Shown here: positions 51,917-64,000 of the stretch, one piece after another
Layout: each line of letters opens with the position of its first letter
Position numbering within the stretch: the first letter of the stretch is position 1
Source of the DNA: Paraphysomonas bandaiensis
Taxonomy: Eukaryota; Protista; Chrysophyceae
Length of the DNA: 64,000 bases
Direction of reading: 5' to 3'
NCBI GenBank assembly: GCA_965644295.1
Contig: CBFFRP010000275.1
Location: forward strand, 52,532-116,531
Program-made: the position numbers and the translations under genes
Notes under the pieces: model-generated
The model's input: the letters and a program-made list of their open reading frames with translations, nothing else
The model's database searches: none
What the model was told of the DNA's origin: nothing

Positions 51917-53128
51917 ATGGGCTCAGCGTGTACAAGATCAATCTCCCATAACACTCCTATAGAAAACACACTCTCATTACACTCTCATATGATTCAGTTT
52001 ATATCAGATGATCTCTTATTAGATGAGAGGGATGTGAGTGCTCTCATAGGGGTGTTTCACTCCATAGACACGTATCATACAGGCGTTATTAGCAGCAAGG
52101 CATTCTTTCAATATTACAATATACCAATCACTAGTTTCAATGAACGAATGTTTGAAATGGGTAATGTTGATGGCATCAAAGTGCTGACTCCCTGTCGTTT
52201 TATATGCAGCATGTGGAGCTTTCTCACTCTCGATGTCAAAGAATTGGGGTCTTATATATTCATACTCTATGATGAAGAAAATACAAAGCTACTGGATGCA
52301 TCACAGATACGCGCGATGCTTAAATGTATACATGACAACTCTGAGACTGATTCTGATGCTAACTCTCTAGTTGGTGCTTTACTTCGAGATTCCGATATGG
52401 TACCTTTATGTGTATTTGCGAAGTGGTGTAGGGAGTGTCCCTCTCTCTATCGCCCCGTACAAATCTTACAGGCAACTCTTCGTCGCCAAGTTTGCGGTAA
52501 CGATTTTTGGGAGACTTTGTGCTGTCGTCGCAACAGTCGAAGAGACCTGGCAGAGGCTACCTATATGTGGAAGCTGAACTCCAAGTATGCGGAAGAAATA
52601 TTCAAGCGTCAGTTGGCATCTCGAATGGATGAAATGAATAAGCACAATTCAGGCGAAATATCTGCGACATCTCGTAGCTGTACAGTATCACTATCGGCCC
52701 GATGTGAACAAATGTACAGTCAATATGAGTTCACAGATGATGGCTACGCAGAAGTGGAAACGCCCACTGGAAACCTAGTGGAGGCCTGTGCAGACCTGAT
52801 ACTCCGGCTGAAACCCATAGCACATTCAACCGCCAGTTCCGCAAGTAGCATTGTCGTCTCCTCTGACTGTAGCAATTTGAGCACTCCCACGGGGTACACG
52901 TCCCCTGGGGGATGTTACAAAACACCTAGTGGGATATACGTTGGAGACATGATGGAAGATAGTCACAGTGATGATAGCAGCAAACCCGAAGATGAAAACG
53001 GAAATTTACCGACTGGTATATCTGGTGTCGTAAACTTTGACTCGGAAGTACAGTCAAACTCTTCGTGCTTTACACCTAAACTGGAGGGAAAACGCTCCAT
53101 TCGCTTTGTGCGTTCGCTGTCATTATGA
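51917..53128 (+). CDS. N-acylated EF-hand (calcineurin-B/CBL-like) protein with Ser-rich tail, intronless
   Basis: Probable start MGSACTRS (Gly2, Cys5). EF-like loops FHSIDTYHTGVISSKAF and FILYDEENTKLLDASQI, plus FNERMF. Confidence 0.75.
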   Translation: MGSACTRSISHNTPIENTLSLHSHMIQFISDDLLLDERDVSALIGVFHSIDTYHTGVISSKAFFQYYNIPITSFNERMFEMGNVDGIKVLTPCRFICSMWSFLTLDVKELGSYIFILYDEENTKLLDASQIRAMLKCIHDNSETDSDANSLVGALLRDSDMVPLCVFAKWCRECPSLYRPVQILQATLRRQVCGNDFWETLCCRRNSRRDLAEATYMWKLNSKYAEEIFKRQLASRMDEMNKHNSGEISATSRSCTVSLSARCEQMYSQYEFTDDGYAEVETPTGNLVEACADLILRLKPIAHSTASSASSIVVSSDCSNLSTPTGYTSPGGCYKTPSGIYVGDMMEDSHSDDSSKPEDENGNLPTGISGVVNFDSEVQSNSSCFTPKLEGKRSIRFVRSLSL

Positions 53129-53235
53129 TGATCTGTAAAGAATTATACTCCTATTAATAAATCAGTTTTCACCAGAGTTTAGCTTATAGCTTATACATAT
53201 GTTATAATGTATTCATAGCACTAACTATTCAATGG

Positions 53236-54002
53236 CAGGGCCTGGTAACCGTTAATTGGTGCCCAGTTCCCGGCAATTATAATGGCAATTAATGCCTAAC
53301 AAGAGTGCGCTATAGCATGGACATCGTCTGGGGGTTATCGCGCATAATAGTGTGGTCCCCCCTTAAGGACTGATAAATTTATAAAGCAGACTACACGAAC
53401 CGTAACTACTCTTTATTATAATTGCATACACAATTGTGTGTGTTGTCATGTAAAACATGTCAACAACACGATAATTTATTTCATTCATTTATGTCAACTT
53501 CCGTATCTTGATCGTCATGATACAATGCTTCAGTTTCATAGTTATAGCTATATAGTATCTTTGACTACATAATACTGTTTTTTATATTGTATTTAGCGTA
53601 TTCTACAGTACTATCTTAGAGAACCATACGTATTCCAACAGCCCATTAATGTTATCAGAAAATGGCATAATTGGATGGTTTAAGCGTAATTAACTTAACG
53701 TAATTCACACTCAATGCTTAATAATAAATTATGATCAATCTCAAATATCATTCATTGTCATTCGCCAAATTCATGTTATCTCAACTACCAATAATACAAT
53801 CTTATATAGACACAATCTTATGTAGGCACAATCTAATACAGTCAATGTGTTTCATTTCACTACTACTATTCTCATCATATCATTAGTTCATGTAATAATG
53901 TTAATCACTGCTGTATTCTTCATGTAATAGTTCAAATACCTTAGACATACAGCTTGTAATTGCTCTCAAGCAGCAAAATTCAACAATGGTTTCCAGGCCC
54001 TG
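53236..54002. mobile_element. hAT-type element, family A, long (767 bp) copy
   Basis: Left end cagggcctggtaaccgttaattggtgcccagttcccggcaattataatggc; right end reverse complement cagggcctggaaaccattg. Flanks ttcaatgg / ctcaatag match at 6/8. Confidence 0.7.
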
Positions 54003-54664
54003 CTCAATAGTATAACTCGGCGTAAGTTGGACACTTACTTTGTCCGATATACCACTTGAAAAATATTTCAATGTCTCATTGATGACATGAAGTGGAAATA
54101 AACGAATCCCGAATAAGGAGTTATATGTGCATCCAATAAAGTCATGTGGCAAGCTGTCGATGACATACATATTATTAATGTTTCAGAAATTTTTCGTTAG
54201 TAAATACAGGTAAAGGCGAAATACGGTGCATATCGTACTACGTATCGTATTTTCTTAGCTACTATTCATACAACCATGCATACTCTCCGGCTACCTAATA
54301 GTTTACTGGTTAATCTGGTCATCAATAAGAGCTGGATGTAAAACATGAATAAATATTGCTTGCTATGCGTAGGTATACTTCGGAACACAACGAATCTAGT
54401 CATCACAAGCACAGTCAATGTAATCAAGCAAAACATATTTATTGGATGTTATTAGTTATTACCATCAACACGAAACTAAGTTGCCATCGTGTGCTTTCCG
54501 AAATACTTAGAACGATGACAGGTCCACTGAACAATTTTCAGCACAAATGACTTATACATATAACTAAGCGACAAAAATCTAAATATATTAGAAAATATTT
54601 GACAATGTGGCCATGAACTATTGCAACTTCATGAACGAGTAAAGTAACACAATGAAGAAAACGC

Positions 54665-57600
54665 TCAGAACGGCAAGACTTCTCCTGTGTTGGCGTTGCG
54701 CTCCTGTCCGCGCAAAGACGACACTAACAGAGTCAAAGCTGCTAGTGCACAAACAGCACCTGCAGCAATCAAAGTGGGCAACAGGGAAGTCTCAAAGCTA
54801 AATACTGTTTCACTGATATAATCTGAAAGTGAATCTTTGACATTTGACTTTCTCATTTCTACAGTATTATCCGGCCGCAAATAAGTGATAACTGTGGGCG
54901 GCACAACTGGATTAGACTTTAACTCACGCCTAGTCGAAACAGATGGTGAACAAATACCATTGTCAACGATAAATCGTAACTCGTCTTGTGCCCCTCCAGA
55001 TGTGCCACAAAATTCCCAGAACACCAAGTAAGCATCAATGTCATGAGCACCAGTGGTACGGAATATATATTCACCGTCAGACATGCAGGATTTGCAAGAG
55101 GTTGTATGATTTTCCCCGTCATAGGACTCATTACAATACGGCATTCCATACGCAAACAAAACGCTTCTATTCTCGACATCTGTGATGTACCACCCGGTCT
55201 CAAGGAATTCAGTACCCGTGTCATTCAAAGTATTCTCAGCAACGTCGCCAAGGGAAGAATTACCGGTATGTATAAACCCCGAAAAGTACTCATCAGCATG
55301 AATTCGAGAATCAGCATCAAACGACAAACAACGGCTACCGCAATTATGAGGGTACATCCACAGATCTTGCCAAGCTTCAATCGTGTATGACTGGCTGGAA
55401 TAATGGAAATCAAATGTCATACGGGTGTTATAACCTCCATTATACTTTTCTTTCCATACACCATTTTCCACAATCTGAACAGTCCAGTGAATCTCCCAAT
55501 ATAACTCAGGACTGGACAAAGTATAATTATGTTCCACCAATGCTACCAATCCAAAGTGATACCTCTGATCGTAAAGTACATTCGCAGGAACAAGCATACC
55601 ACCACGAATCGACTGATTACTGGATAATCTTGATTGGATGACATTAGAATGGAGATTATCATAAAGAGTAGCGTAGTAAACTAGACCAATATCGCCAGCC
55701 CAACCGTCTCCAAACTGGTCATAAATTGTAATATACAGTCCAGTACGGTCAGCAGCAGCAGGAGGGTACTCCAATACATCACCAAGAACAATAGGTTCAA
55801 ATCCTGTTGGAGCTACCGAAGGGAATGGCGTGAAGTTATCCTCACAGAAAGATTCAACACCACCGTAACTCTGGCGCAAACACTGGCCATCAACAACGTC
55901 AAAATGGAGTTGCTCCTGAGCACCGCCTTCCATGCCACAGAAATTCCAAGTGTAATTCCAAGCCAATGGATCGCATGCACCAGTAGATCGGAAAATGTAC
56001 GTTCCGTCCTCCAAACATGTGGTATACGTTGAACCCACACCATTGACCTCACACGCTGGTAGACTGTATCCATAAAGAACATTTTTTCCAGCCGTGTTAG
56101 TAATGAACCAAGCAGTCTCAAGGTATGCCGTGGCATCAGACTCTAAACTGTAGTAATTTGAATCACTGTCATTTCTACCATACAATGTCGCCAAATATTC
56201 ACTTGTTAGCGCATTGTCGTCAATCTCACTGTCACACGCAGAAGGATACACCCAGGCATTATCCAACAATGTGTCATTGTAACTATCCGTTCCGTAGTCG
56301 TACTCAAAGACCATGCTGGTGTTATATCCACCATAAAATTTCTCTTTAAATACACCATTCTCAACTATTTGAACGGTCCACAATACTTCCCAGAAAAATT
56401 CAGGTACCTCACCATTGGTGTCAATTGTGAATAAGAAAGATTGATCAGATGATGCACCAGTGGTGTCAATGCATCCCATAAGCTTGGAGCAATTACAATC
56501 CAAACTATATGTTACAATATTCGAATCGATACCATTGACATTAGCCCAGTATAAAAACTTTACACTGTCACCCCAACCATCACCGAACTGATCAATTAAG
56601 GTGACATATAAGCATGTCTCATTGGCATCAACGTCACCATGAGTGCAGTTATCAGAACAATCCAACACATCTTCAGGTATAACGGGTCTCGTAGCACAGG
56701 GGTCTATCGGCGTTCCAGGGTAGCAAACACTATCGAGAATTGTAAAGTACAACTCATCTTGTGTACCGCCTGTCACACCGCAGAAGTCCCAGTTCACATT
56801 AGCTGCATCGGGGTCACAGGATCCCGTTGAGCGATACACATATTCTCCATCGGGCAGACATGTTGTACAAGAGGAGGCATTAATACCATCGCCGTCGCAC
56901 CATGGCTCACCAAATGCAACTATTGTCGTACTGTCATATGCAGATGTAATAAACCAAGAAGTGCTCAAGTACGAATTCGTCATATTGCCATAGCTCGAGT
57001 ATCCCTCGGGACTAACACCACCGACATATGTCACGCGAGACAAGTAGTCCGTATCAACCTCCATATCAGGACACTCTTCTGAACAGTGTTCAGGATATGA
57101 CCATAGATTCTCCCACCATACCAAGTCATATGTCTCCTCCGCACGAGAATACTCAAAAGTCATACTCGTGTTGAATCCACCATAATACTTATCCATATAC
57201 ACACCGTCCTCAACTATCTGAACTGTCCAATGGATCTCCCAAGCATGATCTGGAATATGGGAATTACCATTCTCATCAATAGCATCCACTGTCATGTGAT
57301 ACATCTGATCGATATTCAAGTCAGATGGGTTGATACAGCCTGCTATATGGGTACAACCACATTCCACTGTTTTTCTTACGACACTTGAGTTGTAATCTCG
57401 AACCTGAATCCAATACTTAAAGTCAGCACCAGACCAGTCATCTCCAAACCGATCAACAAGTGTAACATATAAGCATGTGCCTGATACAACAACATTATCG
57501 CAGCCATCTACACATGACATATCATCGTCGACATTGGGAGTGCCCAACTCAGTGGGCATACTGGTTGGGATATAAGTTGGAGATAAAGTAGGGACATGAG

Positions 57601-60600
57601 TGGGACTACTGGTCGGTGTAATAGTTGGTGCAAATGTTGGAATCAAGGTAGGAGAACATGTTGGGGATCTCGTTGGTACTCTAGTTGGTGAGGCTGTGGG
57701 TTGTACTGTTGGGTTATTCGTCGGAGAAGGGGTAGGAACACCAGTTGGTAAGAACGTGGGCGCTCCACTGGGGGACGCAGTTGGATGTCTAGTAGGAGCT
57801 TTTGTAGGATCTTTCGTCGGAGAAAAGGTTGGCACTGCTGTAGGCAACTTCGTAGGACTACAGGTTGGCGATTCTGTCGGCAGCAACGTCGGTGACAACG
57901 TTGGTAAATAAGTAGGTGATATCGTTGGGCTAAACGTCGGATGTAATGTCGGAAAAGTGGTAGGTCCAACCGAAGGGAATGGCGTGAAGTTATCCTCACA
58001 GAAAGATTCAACACCACCGTAACTCTGGCGCAAACACTGGCCATCAACAACGTCAAAATGGAGTTGCTCCTGAGCACCGCCTTCCATGCCACAGAAATTC
58101 CAAGTGTAATTCCAAGCCAATGGATCGCATGCACCAGTAGATCGGAAAATGTACGTTCCGTCCTCCAAACATGTGGTATACGTTGAACCCACACCATTGA
58201 CCTCACACGCTGGTAGACTGTATCCATAAAGAACATTTTTTCCAGCCGTGTTAGTAATGAACCAAGCAGTCTCAAGGTATGCCGTGGCATCAGACTCTAA
58301 ACTGTAGTAATTTGAATCACTGTCATTTCTACCATACAATGTCGCCAAATATTCACTTGTTAGCGCATTGTCGTCAATCTCACTGTCACACGCAGAAGGA
58401 TACACCCAGGCATTATCCAACAATGTGTCATTGTAACTATCCGTTCCGTAGTCGTACTCAAAGACCATGCTGGTGTTATATCCACCATAAAATTTCTCTT
58501 TAAATACACCATTCTCAACTATTTGAACGGTCCACAATACTTCCCAGAAAAATTCAGGTACCTCACCATTGGTGTCAATTGTGAATAAGAAAGATTGATC
58601 AGATGATGCACCAGTGGTGTCAATGCATCCCATAAGCTTGGAGCAATTACAATCCAAACTATATGTTACAATATTCGAATCGATACCATTGACATTAGCC
58701 CAGTATAAAAACTTTACACTGTCACCCCAACCATCACCGAACTGATCAATTAAGGTGACATATAAGCATGTCTCATTGGCATCAACGTCACCATGAGTGC
58801 AGTTATCAGAACAATCCAACACATCTTCAGGTATAACGGGTCTCGTAGCACAGGGGTCTATCGGCGTTCCAGGGTAGCAAACACTATCGAGAATTGTAAA
58901 GTACAACTCATCTTGTGTACCGCCTGTCACACCGCAGAAGTCCCAGTTCACATTAGCTGCATCGGGGTCACAGGATCCCGTTGAGCGATACACATATTCT
59001 CCATCGGGCAGACATGTTGTACAAGATGAGGCATTAATACCATCGCCGTCGCACCATGGCTCACCAAATGCAACTATTGTCGTACTGTCATATGCAGATG
59101 TAATAAACCAAGAAGTGCTCAAGTACGAATTCGTCATATTGCCATAGCTCGAGTATCCCTCGGGACTAACACCACCGACATATGTCACGCGAGACAAGTA
59201 GTCCGTATCAACCTCCATATCAGGACACTCTTCTGAACAGTGTTCAGGATATGACCATAGATTCTCCCACCATACCAAGTCATATGTCTCCTCCGCACGA
59301 GAATACTCAAAAGTCATACTCGTGTTGAATCCACCATAATACTTATCCATATACACACCGTCCTCAACTATCTGAACTGTCCAATGGATCTCCCAAGCAT
59401 GATCTGGAATATGGGAATTACCATTCTCATCAATAGCATCCACTGTCATGTGATACATCTGATCGATATTCAAGTCAGATGGGTTGATACAGCCTGCTAT
59501 ATGGGTACAACCACATTCCACTGTTTTTCTTACGACACTTGAGTTGTAATCTCGAACCTGAATCCAATACTTAAAGTCAGCACCAGACCAGTCATCTCCA
59601 AACCGATCAACAAGTGTAACATATAAGCATGTGCCTGATACAACAACATTATCGCAGCCATCTACACATGACATATCATCGTCGACATTGGGAGTGCCCA
59701 ACTCAGTGGGCATACTGGTTGGGATATAAGTTGGAGATAAAGTAGGGACATGAGTGGGACTACTGGTCGGTGTAATAGTTGGTGCAAATGTTGGAATCAA
59801 GGTAGGAGAACATGTTGGGGATCTCGTTGGTACTCTAGTTGGTGAGGCTGTGGGTTGTACTGTTGGGTTATTCGTCGGAGAAGGGGTAGGAACACCAGTT
59901 GGTAAGAACGTGGGCGCTCCACTGGGGGACGCAGTTGGATGTCTAGTAGGAGCTTTTGTAGGATCTTTCGTCGGAGAAAAGGTTGGCACTGCTGTAGGCA
60001 ACTTCGTAGGACTACAGGTTGGCGATTCTGTCGGCAGCAACGTCGGTGACAACGTTGGTAAATAAGTAGGTGATATCGTTGGGCTAAACGTCGGATGTAA
60101 TGTCGGAAAAGTGGTAGGTCCAACCGAAGGGAATGGCGTGAAGTTATCCTCACAGAAAGATTCAACACCACCGTAACTCTGGCGCAAACACTGGCCATCA
60201 ACAACGTCAAAATGGAGTTGCTCCTGAGCACCGCCTTCCATGCCACAGAAATTCCAAGTGTAATTCCAAGCCAATGGATCGCATGCACCAGTAGATCGGA
60301 AAATGTACGTTCCGTCCTCCAAACATGTGGTATACGTTGAACCCACACCATTGACCTCACACGCTGGTAGACTGTATCCATAAAGAACATTTTTTCCAGC
60401 CGTGTTAGTAATGAACCAAGCAGTCTCAAGGTATGCCGTGGCATCAGACTCTAAACTGTAGTAATTTGAATCACTGTCATTTCTACCATACAATGTCGCC
60501 AAATATTCACTTGTTAGCGCATTGTCGTCAATCTCACTGTCACACGCAGAAGGATACACCCAGGCATTATCCAACAATGTGTCATTGTAACTATCCGTTC

Positions 60601-63600
60601 CGTAGTCGTACTCAAAGACCATGCTGGTGTTATATCCACCATAAAATTTCTCTTTAAATACACCATTCTCAACTATTTGAACGGTCCACAATACTTCCCA
60701 GAAAAATTCAGGTACCTCACCATTGGTGTCAATTGTGAATAAGAAAGATTGATCAGATGATGCACCAGTGGTGTCAATGCATCCCATAAGCTTGGAGCAA
60801 TTACAATCCAAACTATATGTTACAATATTCGAATCGATACCATTGACATTAGCCCAGTATAAAAACTTTACACTGTCACCCCAACCATCACCGAACTGAT
60901 CAATTAAGGTGACATATAAGCATGTCTCATTGGCATCAACGTCACCATGAGTGCAGTTATCAGAACAATCCAACACATCTTCAGGTATAACGGGTCTCGT
61001 AGCACAGGGGTCTATCGGCGTTCCAGGGTAGCAAACACTATCGAGAATTGTAAAGTACAACTCATCTTGTGTACCGCCTGTCACACCGCAGAAGTCCCAG
61101 TTCACATTAGCTGCATCGGGGTCACAGGATCCCGTTGAGCGATACACATATTCTCCATCGGGCAGACATGTTGTACAAGATGAGGCATTAATACCATCGC
61201 CGTCGCACCATGGCTCACCAAATGCAACTATTGTCGTACTGTCATATGCAGATGTAATAAACCAAGAAGTGCTCAAGTACGAATTCGTCATATTGCCATA
61301 GCTCGAGTATCCCTCGGGACTAACACCACCGACATATGTCACGCGAGACAAGTAGTCCGTATCAACCTCCATATCAGGACACTCTTCTGAACAGTGTTCA
61401 GGATATGACCATAGATTCTCCCACCATACCAAGTCATATGTCTCCTCCGCACGAGAATACTCAAAAGTCATACTCGTGTTGAATCCACCATAATACTTAT
61501 CCATATACACACCGTCCTCAACTATCTGAACTGTCCAATGGATCTCCCAAGCATGATCTGGAATATGGGAATTACCATTCTCATCAATAGCATCCACTGT
61601 CATGTGATACATCTGATCGATATTCAAGTCAGATGGGTTGATACAGCCTGCTATATGGGTACAACCACATTCCACTGTTTTTCTTACGACACTTGAGTTG
61701 TAATCTCGAACCTGAATCCAATACTTAAAGTCAGCACCAGACCAGTCATCTCCAAACCGATCAACAAGTGTAACATATAAGCATGTGCCTGATACAACAA
61801 CATTATCGCAGCCATCTACACATGACATATCATCGTCGACATTGGGAGTGCCCAACTCAGTGGGCATACTGGTTGGGATATAAGTTGGAGATAAAGTAGG
61901 GACATGAGTGGGACTACTGGTCGGTGTAATAGTTGGTGCAAATGTTGGAATCAAGGTAGGAGAACATGTTGGGGATCTCGTTGGTACTCTAGTTGGTGAG
62001 GCTGTGGGTTGTACTGTTGGGTTATTCGACGGAGAAGGGGAAGGAACACCAGTTGGTAAGAACGTAGGCGCTCCACTGGGGGAAGCAGTTGGATGTCTAG
62101 TAGGAGCTTTTGTAGGATCTTTCGTCGGAGAAAAGGTTGGCACTGCTGTAGGCAACTTCGTAGGACTACAGGTTGGCGATTCTGTCGGCAGCAACGTCGG
62201 TGACAACGTTGGTAAATAAGTAGGTGATATCGTTGGGCTAAACGTCGGATGTAATGTCGGAAAAGTGGTAGGTCCAACCGAAGGGAATGGCGTGAAGTTA
62301 TCCTCACAGAAAGATTCAACACCACCGTAACTCTGGCGCAAACACTGGCCATCAACAACGTCAAAATGGAGTTGCTCCTGAGCACCGCCTTCCATGCCAC
62401 AGAAATTCCAAGTGTAATTCCAAGCCAATGGATCGCATGCACCAGTAGATCGGAAAATGTACGTTCCGTCCTCCAAACATGTGGTATACGTTGAACCCAC
62501 ACCATTGACCTCACACGCTGGTAGACTGTATCCATAAAGAACATTTTTTCCAGCCGTGTTAGTAATGAACCAAGCAGTCTCAAGGTATGCCGTGGCATCA
62601 GACTCTAAACTGTAGTAATTTGAATCACTGTCATTTCTACCATACAATGTCGCCAAATATTCACTTGGTAGCGCATTGTCGTCAATCTCACTGTCACACG
62701 CAGAAGGATACACCCAGGCATTATCCAACAATGTGTCATTGTAACTATCCGTTCCGTAGTCGTACTCAAAGACCATGCTGGTGTTATATCCACCATAAAA
62801 TTTCTCTTTAAATACACCATTCTCAACTATTTGAACGGTCCACAATACTTCCCAGAAAAATTCAGGTACCTCACCATTGGTGTCAATTGTGAATAAGAAA
62901 GATTGATCAGATGATGCACCAGTGGTGATCAATGCATCCCATAAGCTTGGAGCAATTACAAATCCAAACTATGTGTTACAATATTCGAATCGATACCATT
63001 GACATTAGCCCAGTATAAAAACTTTACACTGTCACCCCAACCATCACCGAACTGATCAATTAAGGTGACATATAAGCATGTCTCATTGGCATCAACGTCA
63101 CCATGAGTGCAGTTATCAGAACAATCCAACACATCTTCAGGTATAACGGGTCTCGTAGCACAGGGGTCTATCGGCGTTCCAGGGTAGCAAACACTATCGA
63201 TGAATTGTCAAGTACAACTCATCCTTGTACCGCCTGTCACACCGCAGAAGTCCCAGTTCACATTAGCTGCATCGGGGTCACAGGATCCCGTTGAGCGATA
63301 CACATATTCTCCATCGGGCAGACATGTTGTACAAGAGGAGGCATTAATACCATCGCCGTCGCACCATGGCTCACCAAATGCAACTATTGTCTTACTGTCA
63401 TATGCAGATGTAATAAACCAAGAAGTGCTCAAGTACGAATTCGTCATATTGCCATAGCTCGAGTATCCCTCGGGACTAACACCACCGACATATGTCACGC
63501 GAGACAAGTAGTCCGTATCAACCCTCCATATCAGGACACTCTTCTGAACAGTGTTCAGGATATGACCATAGATTCTCCCACCATACCAAGTCATATGTCT

Positions 63601-64000
63601 CCTCCGCACGAGAATACTCAAAAGTCATACTCGTGTTGAATCCACCATAAATACTTATCCATGGTACACACCGTCCTCAACTATCTGAACTGTCCAATGG
63701 ATTCCAAGCATGATCTGGAATATGGGAATTACCATTCTCATCAACAATAGCATCCACTGTCATGTGATACATCTGATCGATATTCAAGTCAGATGGGTTG
63801 ATACAGCCCAAGCCATATGGGTACGTCCACATTCCACTTGTTTTTCTTACGACACTTGAGTTGTAATCTCGAACCTGAATCCAATACTCAAAGTCAGCAC
63901 CAGACCAGTCATCTCCAAACCGATCAACAAGCGGTGTTATAGCAAGTATGTGCCTGATACAACAACATTGTCGTCATCTACACATGACATATCATCGTCG
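54665..64000 (-). CDS. Giant type-I membrane surface protein: tandem 718-aa units (two Cys/Asp-rich modules plus PTxxP stalk), divergent final module, C-terminal TM helix; 5' end outside the window
   Basis: 2755-aa ORF continuing upstream through a few indels. TM segment LLPTLIAAGAVCALAALTLLVSSL with a 15-aa tail. Module motifs LYVTLxDxFGDxW, WExxWTVQIVExG..YGGxNT and CLxDGxYxxRSTG...WxFCG..GG. Confidence 0.9.
55815..64000. repeat. Tandem array with 2154-bp period, about 3.8 near-identical copies
   Basis: accgaagggaatggcg recurs at 55815, 57969, 60123 and 62277. Only a handful of substitutions separate the first three copies. Confidence 0.98.

Noticed and set aside
53901-54170. 89-aa minus-strand ORF
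   Set aside because: Runs across the hAT terminus at 54002 with no recognisable motif; at most an unidentifiable fragment.
55813-63457. Repeated alternative-frame and antisense ORFs (215, 103, 74, 63 aa)
   Set aside because: Shadows of the main ORF, repeated only because the DNA is repeated.
62930-64000. Frameshifts in the last repeat unit as programmed frameshifting or pseudogenisation
   Set aside because: Scattered small indels rise toward the window end in otherwise near-identical sequence, which looks like low-coverage long-read error.

Overview
Eukaryotic nuclear DNA with short GT-AG introns, probably from a stramenopile (inferred from the RPB1 CTD of YSPTSPA heptads and a PTxxP-rich surface protein). 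About 16 host genes: fucokinase/GDP-fucose pyrophosphorylase-like (runs off the left edge), RPB1, sulfotransferase-like, NCKX-type exchanger, Cys-rich/HAD-like protein, C2H2-finger protein, TAF6, NDUFS4, ubiquitin-S27a, PP2A B56-like, a ~40-aa helical-repeat protein, COMMD9, SUMF2/pFGE-like, MFS sugar transporter, acylated EF-hand protein, and a giant membrane-anchored protein built from near-identical 2154-bp units (runs off the right edge). Fourteen of the 16 genes form head-to-head pairs whose promoters combine A/T tracts with purine-pyrimidine microsatellites. Intergenic DNA holds two decayed PIF/Harbinger-like elements, both inside divergent promoters, plus hAT-type MITEs, an unclassified dispersed repeat and three long fold-back hairpins. 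Two of the hairpins appear to be built from coding-like transposon sequence. Exon models were read by eye and no database searches were run.
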